Shown here in pieces: positions 1-10,970 of a DNA stretch of 64,000 bases. The stretch is from the NCBI RefSeq assembly GCF_000981445.1, contig NC_027216.1, positions 496,001 to 560,000 of the forward strand. The letters are read 5' to 3'. Made by a program: the position numbers and the translations under genes. Source of the DNA: Babesia bigemina. Lineage: Eukaryota. Each line of letters starts with the position of its first letter. Position 1 is the stretch's first letter. Below the pieces are notes generated by a model, which saw only the letters and a list, made by a program, of their open reading frames with translations, was not told the origin of the DNA and ran no database searches.

Positions 1-139
1 GCACAAGGTTCGTCACACCTTGCGCTCCGCAGTAGTAGCAGTGTTCTGGTAAAGTCGCAGAAGGCCGCTCAAACGCTGCGAGCACCGAGCGTGGCGCTGG
101 TGACGGAGCCAGTTTGAGCGCCTCTAGGCTACTCGCCAT
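1..139 (-). CDS. 5' end of a gene running off the window; Cys/His zinc-binding start, possibly UPF1/NAM7-like helicase
   Basis: ATG at 139-137 opens MASSLEALKLAPSPAPRSVLAAFERPSATLPEHCYYCGAQGVTNLV..., open to the window edge. LPEHCYYCG resembles the start of the UPF1 CH domain. Only 46 codons are visible. Confidence 0.35.
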   Translation of the reverse strand, partial: MASSLEALKLAPSPAPRSVLAAFERPSATLPEHCYYCGAQGVTNLV

Positions 140-559
140 TACTTTAGTTAAGCCATCAGCGTGTTGCTTAGACTTCGCCTGGAAACAGCCGACAGTCACT
201 TCCTTCCTGCCCGAGTGCCCGTAATTTTCCGGCGTCATCTTAAGCGCGACCACGCGCCTCGTTCCAGCTGTTTGGTCTAGGAGCCGATGAGGTGGTTAAT
301 GTAAGGCACAAGCCTTCTCTCAATCGAATACGCAAATTATGACAAATACAGCCAAATTATAACTGTGTGTGCACACGAAGGAGGCGTGTACATCACACAT
401 CCACCTCCCCAGCTTGCGAGATTCCACCGTTGCAACAGCCGCAGGGCTGTATTCGAAAAGGGCACCAAATGGCCCATATATTACTACACATTTGATATGC
501 TAAACGCTTCCATGGATGGGTCGATGAATGGGGGATTCTAATGCCATAAGCCGTTAGCG

Positions 560-2689
560 ATGGTAGGCAGGTACACCGTCATATGCGGTGTTGTCCTGGC
601 GCTGATATGCGCGGTTGTGCCATGGTTTGTTAGTGGCACTGGCAGAGCGTGGTACAACGTGCAGCACGGGCTGGCTTCCGGCGGCTTCGGTACTGCTCGA
701 AGCGCTCGGTCCTCTCGGCACAACGCGCTGGCCTTCCTCCCCCGTTCGCCGAAGCAGCCGGAGAGGAAATACGCATACGAGAACACGTCGTACAAGCAGC
801 GAAATGTCCGCCGAAATATATACGAGGTAGACGCCCCCGCGTCGAAGGAACACGCTATCGCCTTTTTCTCGCATGTGTTACAGGCCACGGCTAACCCGGC
901 GTTCGCTCCCGTTGAGGCACCCGTAGGAAGCTTTCTGACCCTTACAAAGCAGGTGTCAACGCTCGGCCCAGCCACCAGCGATGCGGCTTCGCTGAAATCG
1001 CTCATTGACGCAGGCACCGACATCTTCAGACTGAACTTTGCCCACGGCACTCGCACTTCCAAGCTGAAGAATGCCAGGATCGTGAGGCAATTGGAGCTTA
1101 CAGACGCGCCTGACGGGGTAAAATCGTCAGGCAGCTTTCTGTTTCGCGCCAGGGCCCTGTTAGGTGACATTCAAGGGCCGAAGCTGCGCATCGGCAGGTT
1201 CATGCCCAATGTGGACGCCAAGGGGGTCGGGCTCAAAAGCGCCGAAGCCGAGTTCGTCACTCTAAAAAAAGGCGACTTGTTCTCTTTCGACACCGCGGAC
1301 GTCAAGGGCGGCCGAACCCGCGTTCAGTTTAACTTCCCCGACATTCTCCGACAGCTGGAGGTGGGGAACGTTATCTCGCTGGACGACGGCAACATCTCCA
1401 TGCGCGTGGTAGACGTGAACAAACAAGAGCCTTCAGTGCAAACTGAGGTGCTGAATGATGGCGTGTTATCGAGCCGGAAAGGTTTCGCGGTGCCGAACGT
1501 GGTTCTACCAGTTGACCTTTTCAGCGCCAAGGACGTCAAGGATGCCGTGTTCTGCTATACGGCTGGGCTCGACTTCCTCGGAGTTAGCTTCGTCCAGAGA
1601 ATGCAGGACATACTGTACCTGAAAAACATATTGCTCGATTTCGCGGAGAGTCCATTTTTCCAGGCACTGCGCGAACGCATGGACACGCTGGATGCCAACA
1701 CACTCAACACTGACGAGGAGGACCCGGAGCTAGAAGCGATTCTGGAGCAATACTACACGGAGCGGTTCCTGCCGAACAAGCAGTCCCTGTTGACCAAGGT
1801 GCCCAAGCAGGAGGACGCGGGTATAGGCATCATTCCCAAGATCGAGAAGCAGCCTGCGCTGGACGACATCAACGGCATTTTGGAGGTCTCAGATGGTCTC
1901 ATGATAGCCCGTGGTGACCTGGGTGTCGAAACTGAAATCACCAACCTGCCCATCATCCAGAAGCGGCTGGTCCAACTTTGCCGCCTCGTATATCGCAAAC
2001 CTGTTATCGTCGCCACGCAGATGCTGGAAAGTATGCGCACCAACCCCAAGCCCACCCGCGCCGAAACTACGGATTGCGCCAACGCCGTTTACGACGGTGC
2101 GGACGCAGTCATGCTGTCTGCGGAGTCAGCAACAGGGCAGTACCCAGCGCACACGGTGGAGGTTCAGCGCAGGATTCTGTACAACACGGAACGGGATCCA
2201 TACTTCAGCACTTTACAGGTCACGAGGGAGATGTTGCTGCACGACCAGATGCTGACCAACCTGAAGGGCGTTCGTGCTAAGGATGCGGAGAGCGCCGACT
2301 CGCTTCTACAGCTGGACCTGAAGTTCGCCAAGGATTGGAACACTAGGCACGGCGATGTCTTGGCAGCTTGCGAGCAAGTGTCAAACGCTATTCTTACCGA
2401 AGGTGTGGATGCGTTATTCGTGCACGCCGAGGACCGTGGCGAGCTTGTGCAGTGGGTGGCCACCAAGCGCTACACCATTCCTATTATTCTGTTAACCCGC
2501 AACGTGGAGCTTGCTCGTCGCCTGCAGCTGACGTGGAGTGTCAAGGCACACCTGTTGCCCAGCGGCGCCAACCCCTTCACGTTCGCTCAAGAGCTATCAC
2601 CCAGCTACGTCCAACCTAAGCGAAAAGTGCTAATGGTTGAAACGCACGACAATGCAGTTGACACTAGTATTGTGTTCGAAGTTCAATAA
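560..2689 (+). CDS. PYK2: Pyruvate kinase II (apicoplast-type, K+-independent class), 709 aa
   Basis: PK motifs TKQVSTLGPA, FRLNFAHG, DIQGPKLR (K at the position of the K+-binding E), KIEK, DGLMIARGDLGVE, ATQMLESM, DGADAVMLSAESA. N-terminal hydrophobic signal followed by a basic Ser/Arg-rich transit-like stretch. Confidence 0.93.
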   Translation: MVGRYTVICGVVLALICAVVPWFVSGTGRAWYNVQHGLASGGFGTARSARSSRHNALAFLPRSPKQPERKYAYENTSYKQRNVRRNIYEVDAPASKEHAIAFFSHVLQATANPAFAPVEAPVGSFLTLTKQVSTLGPATSDAASLKSLIDAGTDIFRLNFAHGTRTSKLKNARIVRQLELTDAPDGVKSSGSFLFRARALLGDIQGPKLRIGRFMPNVDAKGVGLKSAEAEFVTLKKGDLFSFDTADVKGGRTRVQFNFPDILRQLEVGNVISLDDGNISMRVVDVNKQEPSVQTEVLNDGVLSSRKGFAVPNVVLPVDLFSAKDVKDAVFCYTAGLDFLGVSFVQRMQDILYLKNILLDFAESPFFQALRERMDTLDANTLNTDEEDPELEAILEQYYTERFLPNKQSLLTKVPKQEDAGIGIIPKIEKQPALDDINGILEVSDGLMIARGDLGVETEITNLPIIQKRLVQLCRLVYRKPVIVATQMLESMRTNPKPTRAETTDCANAVYDGADAVMLSAESATGQYPAHTVEVQRRILYNTERDPYFSTLQVTREMLLHDQMLTNLKGVRAKDAESADSLLQLDLKFAKDWNTRHGDVLAACEQVSNAILTEGVDALFVHAEDRGELVQWVATKRYTIPIILLTRNVELARRLQLTWSVKAHLLPSGANPFTFAQELSPSYVQPKRKVLMVETHDNAVDTSIVFEVQ

Positions 2690-3640
2690 CACCCACTCTA
2701 ATGTTCTACAACCGCTGGGGCACTCATACGTTTCGCCTTCATTTACACCATTGGTTGACGCATTAAAAGTCATCTGTGCGCCACGAATTGCGCCCCAAAA
2801 ATATGAGTACTGGGGAGGCAACTAGAAATGCCCAAGGAGGTCGACGCCCAGACGGTCGGCAATTCAGTGGATAGGAAGAAGATATTCGTGGCATATGACG
2901 AGACGGAAAAACGCGCAATGCCCACCATCACAGCCAATAACACGTATTAGTTGTGCAACGGCGGAAAAACGCCGGTACAATCGCTCATTTCTTCTCTAGA
3001 GCACAATGTATGTTCGTGGCGACTGAGACATACAAGATGAGGCAGTACGATGGCCTGGTGAAGAATATAAAGGGGTAACAATTCAATCAACATAATATGT
3101 GCAATGAAACAGGGTTTCGTGTGACTTGGTAAGACATTGTGACGCGAGCGTACAGTAGATGAACGAACGAGTTGGGGGATCTACCTGTTCCTGGTGGGTG
3201 ATGTAACGGACGATTAGTGCTACTTCTATAGAACCCTTGCGTATAGAGACTCGCGTATCTCGTTATAACAAGACAATAGCCTCGTCCGATGGCCCTGGTA
3301 AGCGCAGACAGCCGCGTACCACACACTTGCAAAATACGGGGGATGATGCCTATCTTATATGGTAAAAACGCAAGCTGGGTACAGTTAGACATTTCCAAAT
3401 TTAAAGTTTGCGCTTTCCCGTGTGTTTCTTTCATCCATCACGACAGTTGGGGCTGTGAAGGGAAATTCATCGCTGGCTGGACGGGCACCTGCTTCTGCGG
3501 AGCTCGCTCTTACATTCGTTTTAACAGGCAGTAAAACTTCGCGCATTCCAATGTGATATTCCATATCCAACAAACGATCGGCAATCGACAATAGCCTGTA
3601 TTTGGTGCAGTGCGCATCAATATTGTGATGTAAATGCATA

Positions 3641-6574
3641 ATGATGGTCAAACGCAGAATGAGAGGCCTGTGGATATTCGGTTCAATCGTGGCGCATTGG
3701 ACTCTATGTTTTGGCACATTTTTGTGTGACTTCGACTATCCAGAGGACTTGCTCAGCAACAATGCGTTTGCCGTGTGTAACATGGACATCGGATACACCG
3801 GCTCCGCAACTCTTATATGCCCGCGCCAGGTCAACGGCACCGAATACGTGTGGCATCCTCAACCAACCTCTGGTGATACCGCCCATCTCAGTGCATACGT
3901 CAGTGGCAATGGCAAATTACGCGTCGTCGCACTCTCAAACGTAGTGGTAACCGATGAACCAGTTTCCATTGTTTCGGTGCGGTTGAACCCGTACCAAACT
4001 CGACTGATTTTCAGCCTACGGGAAGACCAAATATATGCCATCACCGAACACCATTCAATATTCATTTGCGGTCCACGAGATTTGGTTTTTAGTGACACTC
4101 TGCAACTTCACCTTGACCGCATGAACAGTGTCGCCCAAATGCAAGCACTTCCTTGGACAGCAGAAACTCCGTTGATCAACGAGATTAAACAACTAGGTAA
4201 GAGCATAGGTGCAGTTTTCATGTACAGAGGGCACGTACACATGCCAATTCACGGGTGCGGAAGCCGTCCTTCTCCATTGTTTGCCGCGGACGTGGTGACT
4301 GTAGACCCCGTCACAGGTGCACGCTCATGTGTGGTGGATCCTATGTCAAAAACGCGTATAGGATTTGTTTGTGAAGGTCGTGTAGAACCTGATGATTGCC
4401 TGAAGTCACTCTTGGATACGAATGGCGATGTTGTGAGTGCGCCTCTACCAGATTATTACTGGAATATCGAAAACTTCAGACCGTGGGTGATTGCACAATA
4501 CATTAATGATCTAGCGTTACCTGAATTCACTGGCGAATGCAGGTGCATCGATCCTGAAACAAAACAGATGAAGGCGAGGATAGAGATACGTTCGAACACC
4601 GAGTACGTTTGTGACATTGCAAACATGATCTTTCGCAATCGAGTGCGCCCTATAATTGGCCCTTGGTGTTCGGTTGTACTTCACCCTGGCAGTACGTTGA
4701 CCATACGGTTCCCATCATACGGCATCGCCTCAAATTCTTCCGATATACAACCAGAAATAAGTGGCGACAAAGATTACGAAACGGATACCGACGAGAGCGT
4801 TCCGACTGTAGCCTTGTCACAACTGCCTTCCATCTATGAATACGAATTCGAATTCCTGCCCAAAGAGATGATAACTCTGCGTCAACTTAAATCAGCGCAT
4901 TACACTGATCTATATGACGAAGTCTCGTACGAAGAGGCACTTGCTGGCGATGCGCTCGAGTTGGATGTTTCACAAATGGCCCAGGGGGAGGTAAAACTGA
5001 AATACCGTATGGACAAACCTCTCGCATTACGAAGTGGAAAGAATTTATTCGTTTATCATTGGACGCTGGGTTCGAAAAATACGTACGTCTTGGAGAGGAT
5101 AAGGGCAGCCGTGAATGTATCATTCGCATTTACGCATCGCTACAATATCATTGGTTGCGACAGAAGTACACAAAGCGTCTTCAACCAAGATATCAGTGAG
5201 GAATTTTGTTCTGCCAGCGTTATGAAACACGCTGCAGGGGATATATACGAATGCGTGTACGATGGTATGCGAGACGGCAGGCAGACCGGCATCCACTGCG
5301 AAACAGACGAGGAGCTGCTACCTGGAAACTGTGACTCCACAGGATACGACTTGTACTCCAATCAGATTGTACCATTTCCAGCATCCATAGGAAAAGCGAC
5401 GCCATTTCCCATTCCAGGATTTCAGGTGTTCGACTTTGAATCCCACAACATTAGTGCTCTCAGTTTTGTTTGCAGCTGCGTCAACCAACTCGGATACGAA
5501 ACTTCCAGGCTTGTTATGGAGCGGAATCATCACGAAACATACCGCTATACAGTACGTCGTGAAGAGCCGCATCACACGTTGGCTCCGTACTTACTGCTGC
5601 CTTGGCATGAAGTGGCCGTATCAAGTGATGAATTAAAGTTATCACGACCGATCGTGATATTCAACACATCGTCGAAGTCTATTGAACTGAATGTGGGCAC
5701 GACGCTATGGTTAGGCTGCGTTCGAGATGCAGAGGTCATCGTCTTTGACGAAATGGAGAACGTTGAAGATGCCAGTGACATAAGAACGACATGGCTGCCA
5801 AAGCATCCTGAGATGTTCTACTACACACTTAATGACACGGCATATGGGCGTGAGCTTATCCGTATGAAATACAATAACACTTTTGTAACTACCCCTAGAA
5901 GTTTGGAAGTCACATACCAAGAAGTTAATGCAGCCGGTGGATATCAAATCATAATAATAGATTTGAATAAACGCGCAATATTTATATCTAAGGATCCAAT
6001 GAACAAGAAATTTGTGCCTATGACGTTCGTTTGTGGTAAGGCACTTCAAATATCGGATTTGTCGATCGTCACTACCAACGCGGCCGCTTCGGAAGCAGCT
6101 TCACCAAACGATCTTCAAACAATAGGATCGTCAGCGCGATACACTTGGAATGTCGTTGAGATCTCGGTTAAGACCACTGACCCGTACATGCACGGCTGCG
6201 GTGTTACCTACGAATCGATTGAGCTTTTCAAGCCCGAGACGCCCGAACTCTACGACGATTCCGGACGACAAATCGGTTGCAAAATAGACATTCAGGCTGC
6301 GGGCGAGGCAGCATTCTACTGCCCAGCACCGTACGTCCTGGATCCACCCAACTGCTTCGAAAAAGTATTAATGGGGGGTATAATCATGAATGTGAAAGAT
6401 ATAAGCAAGTCGCTGATTGCGTCAGCATCTAATCACTTTGTTATCCTGCGGTTCGACAGTGAACTCATAGGATCCGGGGAGACCCTGCGCCAGAAACCTC
6501 CATTGGAGTGCCAGTGCGTCACCACCAAGGGTATCGTCCTGTCGACCATACAGATTAAAAACTACTACGCCTAG
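3641..6574 (+). CDS. Secreted multi-domain s48/45 (6-Cys)-like protein, 977 aa, copy 1
   Basis: Signal peptide (LWIFGSIVAHWTLCFG). Repeated s48/45-type Cys patterns: HGCG...CVVD...GFVCEG..EPDDC...GECRC; GCD...GIHC...LPGNC...CSCV; HGCG...GCKID...AFYCP...DPPNCF...LECQC. Intronless, no C-terminal GPI/TM segment. Paralogous to 54591-57464. Confidence 0.75.
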   Translation: MMVKRRMRGLWIFGSIVAHWTLCFGTFLCDFDYPEDLLSNNAFAVCNMDIGYTGSATLICPRQVNGTEYVWHPQPTSGDTAHLSAYVSGNGKLRVVALSNVVVTDEPVSIVSVRLNPYQTRLIFSLREDQIYAITEHHSIFICGPRDLVFSDTLQLHLDRMNSVAQMQALPWTAETPLINEIKQLGKSIGAVFMYRGHVHMPIHGCGSRPSPLFAADVVTVDPVTGARSCVVDPMSKTRIGFVCEGRVEPDDCLKSLLDTNGDVVSAPLPDYYWNIENFRPWVIAQYINDLALPEFTGECRCIDPETKQMKARIEIRSNTEYVCDIANMIFRNRVRPIIGPWCSVVLHPGSTLTIRFPSYGIASNSSDIQPEISGDKDYETDTDESVPTVALSQLPSIYEYEFEFLPKEMITLRQLKSAHYTDLYDEVSYEEALAGDALELDVSQMAQGEVKLKYRMDKPLALRSGKNLFVYHWTLGSKNTYVLERIRAAVNVSFAFTHRYNIIGCDRSTQSVFNQDISEEFCSASVMKHAAGDIYECVYDGMRDGRQTGIHCETDEELLPGNCDSTGYDLYSNQIVPFPASIGKATPFPIPGFQVFDFESHNISALSFVCSCVNQLGYETSRLVMERNHHETYRYTVRREEPHHTLAPYLLLPWHEVAVSSDELKLSRPIVIFNTSSKSIELNVGTTLWLGCVRDAEVIVFDEMENVEDASDIRTTWLPKHPEMFYYTLNDTAYGRELIRMKYNNTFVTTPRSLEVTYQEVNAAGGYQIIIIDLNKRAIFISKDPMNKKFVPMTFVCGKALQISDLSIVTTNAAASEAASPNDLQTIGSSARYTWNVVEISVKTTDPYMHGCGVTYESIELFKPETPELYDDSGRQIGCKIDIQAAGEAAFYCPAPYVLDPPNCFEKVLMGGIIMNVKDISKSLIASASNHFVILRFDSELIGSGETLRQKPPLECQCVTTKGIVLSTIQIKNYYA

Positions 6575-7505
6575 TAATGAGTAGCTCAGATTTGGTAACT
6601 CGTTTGGCAATCACAGACTTTAATTGTCATACGTCACGTTGGTCGATCTGCTGGGTTGTATCTTCAGTGAGAGCATTGCTTTGGGTAGAGTGTTGCAATT
6701 GTAATTACCAGTCTAACGACATGTTCTGGTGTTGTCGTGGATTTTTGTAACTAGTGTGAACGGCCGTGGACCCGGTGAAGATTGTGCTGTGGAATTACAT
6801 GTCACCACACCTTAGTTGGGCATTGTCTACCGCAGGCATTAGGAAGATGCAACTTAGAGGTTAGCATCTCCATCCGCATTTTGAAACCTCTACAATGCCC
6901 TTAACACACGACAAAGAGCAATACGTGGTACCTAGAATGGGACTTCACTGACGCCCCCAATTTGGGTGAGCAACCACTGCGGCGGTGCCTGAGCACGTTG
7001 GGCGACCGGTGGGAGTGGGTGGCTAGACCGTGTGGATTTCACCCTATATAGGCGAATCTCGGGGAATCTCTGCCTATGTATGAGTTAATCTTCAGTGTGG
7101 TGGCATTTATTGTCAGCATCGTGATAAGCCGTGAAGTCGTAACCCCAGACTGCACCCCCTAGCAGAGGTTTTGAGGGGCTTCCCGCAAAATCGTTACCCA
7201 CTTATTCGTTACCCCGAGAAGGTTGCAACGAGCGTGCACACAATACAATCTTACGTGAAGCATTGGCATTCCTCTCGCTTCAAATACAGGTGAGTCTATT
7301 TTAATACTTATCATGCTGGCGCAGTAACTAGACGATACATCTGTCAGCGGTGAATACGGCGTGTTTTTGAGGGCGGCGAGCTTCAGGAACACGTTTCGAG
7401 AGCACACGTCGACGACAGTCTGTCTTTCGTTTGAACAAAACCATTTAGCTATACATCCGTGGCCAATTATTTCGCATTACTACGTTTGAATCGATTGCGT
7501 GCGAG

Positions 7506-8559
7506 ATGGCGGATTCTTCAGGAGGGGACCAGCCAACCCACCGGGCAACGACTATTTCTATCAGTGAGGGTAAGGAAGGAAATGAAGGTATCTATGGGAC
7601 GTACGAGGGTAGCACAAAAATAGAACATAAGGGCGCTAATGTCGGCAAAATGGGCTCACAAGCAGCGGTTACAAGAGGCATACTCGCGTCACAAGAAGCG
7701 GCAAGAAGAGGTATACTCGAGTTACATGAAGCGGCTGCAAGAGACATACTCGCGTCAGAAGCAACGGTTACAAGCGACATACTCGCGTCAGAAGCAACGG
7801 TTACAAGCGACATACTCGCGTCACACGCAGCGATTAGAGGCGTCGGCAAACGTGTTTCACGGGCAGCGGTTATAAGCGACATACTCGCGTCACAAGAAGC
7901 GGCTACAAGAGACATACTAGCGTCACACGCAGCGGCTACAAGAGACATACTAGCGTCACAAGAAGCGGCTATAAGAGACATACTCGCGTTACAAGAAGCG
8001 GCTATAAGAGACATACTCGCGTTACAAGAAGCGGTTACAAGAGGTGTACTCGCGTCAAAATAAGCGGCGACAAATAATATACTCGAGTCAAAAAAAGCTG
8101 GTAGAGGCGTAGGCAAACATGGTTCACGGGCAGCGGGTAGCGGGTAGCGGCGTCGGCAAAGATGATTCAGAAGCAGGATCTAAGGATAAATGTTGTAAGG
8201 CTTTGCGTGGTGTCTGTATGCGTATAAAGAAACGTTTCCGTCTTGGTAGTGACTATGACCGCAACCCTAGCAGCACTTCTGAGAGTCGCGGCAAATGAAA
8301 TATGGAACAGGTTATCATTGACACTGCCAAATATGCCGAAGACATAAGCACTTTTGTCAAGCATATTGCGGAGAATCTAGACCGGCTGATTCATTTTGGA
8401 CCTCCCCCCCAAAAGCACCATTCAGAACGTGACAAAAACGACAATGCGCGTGAAGACGTGGAACAGAGTTCAAACGACACGTTCAGTGCAGGCAGTGAGG
8501 ATGGTACAGAGGATCTTCCGCCTGAAGACCATAATTCTGAGAGTGAAGGAGGCTTGTAA
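7506..8559 (+). pseudogene. Disrupted gene for an 11-residue (33-bp) repeat protein
   Basis: ATG 7506. Repeats continue past the in-frame TAA at 8061. A 7-bp duplication (GCGGGTA, ~8133-8146) shifts the frame. The shifted frame is open to TGA 8296 and continues in frame into the 8302-8559 ORF. Confidence 0.55.
7638..8160 (+). repeat. 33-bp tandem repeat array (xxDILASxEAA), 12 IL/VL units in blocks of 5 and 7 separated by VGK spacer units
   Basis: Exact 33-bp copies gacatactcgcgtcagaagcaacggttacaagc at 7743 and 7776. Spacer units NVGKMGSQAA, GVGKRVSRAA, GVGKHGSRAA. Confidence 0.9.
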
Positions 8560-10006
8560 ATAGCTCTTTGCACCCGCGGGAATCGCCACGTGAAGGTGGC
8601 AGCGTGGGCACGAACTATTCGACAGCCTGGATGAAGAAAAGACGGGGACGACGTTCACGCAGTGCTTCCTACCCTCCTTGTGCACTTCACCCTTGCTGTA
8701 CACGCTTACATCCAGTAATAACAAGCGCATATCACCTAAGCAGCAACTAGAAAGTAATGTAATACATGAATGCGTCGGTTTATTTGTTTATGCTCTGGTC
8801 TGGCGATCGCTAAAGTCGGCAGCACGACAACGCCTTGTAAGATTCGGTGACGCGTCCGCCAGATGAATGTACGGAATGCGAATGATTGTTTGAGTACCCA
8901 TGTGATGTGATATGTCGTGTCTCTTGAGGAATCGGTATGAATCTACTGCATCTTAATCCTACACCGTGGTTCACACAGACCGTTGTTAGACCATTAGCGT
9001 GGTATATGGGTGCGGCGGAAAAGTGGCAGCCTGAACTGGAAGCATGACATTCAATTGGAATTCAAATGAGCTCACATTGGTATGGGCAAACGATATATGG
9101 GAATGTGTACAACTGCGGTTCAGGAATCCCGCCGTGGAAGATTGCGTCAAATTTCGAGATTCCCTCAGGCTTTATAGAACGTCGCATAGGAGCTACAATG
9201 TTCGACAACCAACACCTACTAGTAGAGCCGTACGATTAGTTTACAAACCAACAATCTATTCCCCCAAGAATACACATATGAAGGACGCACATACACACAA
9301 GATCGTACGCATACACACAGCAGTACCAAAAATAATTGTGCACTAGATTCTGCAGCAACCGCCGATCACCGCTGATATGATGCCTGATTTATAGGGAAGG
9401 CGACCAACGGTGCCATCGTCTGAAGTTGTTACATGCCAAGAAACCTTGGGAATCGCAGTTGCCGCAATCACCTAAAGCACAAAACAATTACGATACGCAC
9501 GTTAGACAGTAGAAGAATCGTCTGACTTCGTCACCGAATGATTGCGAGGTCGATCAATAGCGGGTAACGCGCGACTCCATACGCGCCGAAACACACCACT
9601 CGCAACCACTTGCAACATTGTTGAAATATCTACACATTGTGACACATTGATTCAACACGCAGAGCTACTGTGTAAGCCCTTTTTGGCCAAAACTTATGCA
9701 CGTCTATCACTCGCGCTTTACATAGTACATGCCACGCTTATTGTCTAGAACTGGCAGCGATACGGCACTTGGGCCGCCATGGCTTTGCGTAGGTCTGCCT
9801 CGTTCGCATTAAGAAGAATTCGCATACCGTGCTAAAGCGCATATGTATTAGAAGGCAACAACACTTGTCCTTCCCCGCTATTACGACATTACCTGCATTC
9901 AGTGTTCCTACTACATACGCGGGATCTTCGCGACGCAATTAGCAGATAGGCACGATATTCACACGATTTCATTACAATAATTGCGTAATTTAGCTAACCC
10001 TTCAAA

Positions 10007-10970
10007 ATGGTATACAATTCGTTGACCAATGTCCCTCGCAACTTCAAGGAGGCCATTGACTGGTTGGTGGCCTTCAAGGGAGATGATGCTAAAAGCAACG
10101 TAGCAGCATTGGGTGCCGCACTCTTCAGTTCCCTGGCAGACAAAACTGTTGACAAGATGGAGATGCCGGCCCTCGAAGATGTTAAACATGTTACTAAAGT
10201 TCCTGGATCAACCGGAGCTTGGGAACCAGTGGTTCGTAGGAGGGCTGGTTAAGCGGTACAACGACCTTATTAATAAATCACCTGGAGGGTTAGCTAAGTA
10301 CTTTCGGGTTGTTGACGAATCCGATGAGAACGTCGTAAAGGGCAAGGGCATCACTGCTGGAGCCATTGTGGAGAACCTTGACAAAGTTGTTCATGGTACC
10401 GAGATATTCTTGGATGATATTAAAAGCCCAGGCGAATACGAGTCTGCTTACAGTCCAGAGGCTACGTGGAGTAAATCATGTACCCAAAAGCCGGAAGATT
10501 GCGCAGCTGTCTTCGTGGGTATTGCGCCAATGTTACGGGCAAGCATATCATCTTTGAATGCTGCTGTGTTTGCTGCGAAATTGAGATTGCCGCCGTTTAT
10601 TGCTTGTAAGCGTATGCAGCAGTTGATACAAGCATTGGGTTACGTAGAGCCACAACGCCGCGCTGGCATGAGTGGGTTTGATGTCCCCAAAGCGTTGAGA
10701 GGTCTATATTTACGAACACTGATAACTCTATGCGACTTCACAGGATTCTGGGCTTTCTATGTATCGAATAATCCAGATTTGGGAGCTGGTAAACATGGAA
10801 AATATCCGGTATCGGGAGTTGATTTTGACGTTAACATGAAGCCCATAGACGCTTCCATGAAGATAGGATTCCGCTGACCGTCTAGCACATACACTGCGCT
10901 CGGATGGGACAACATCTATTATCCCGGTACGCCCACAGTATCTGATTTAGGAGCGGCTATTCCACTTTGA
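10007..10970 (+). pseudogene. Short ves (variant erythrocyte surface antigen)-like family gene, disrupted copy
   Basis: Starts MVYNSLTNVPRNFKEAIDWLVA like 59240. Frameshift near 10195-10200 (actaaagttcctg versus acaaaggagttttta in the paralog). In-frame TGA at 10875 is followed by ...YYPGTPTVSDLGAAIPL*, identical to the paralog's C-terminus and ending at 10970. Confidence 0.8.

Noticed and set aside
7592..8116. Antisense repeat ORF (ASCDASMSLVA)n that looks like an antifreeze protein
   Set aside because: TTG start, and open only because the 33-bp repeat lacks stops; the + strand has the ATG-led frame.
7638..8160. 33-bp repeats as a CRISPR array
   Set aside because: Repeats are tandem without unique spacers, in frame, and the genome is eukaryotic with no cas genes.
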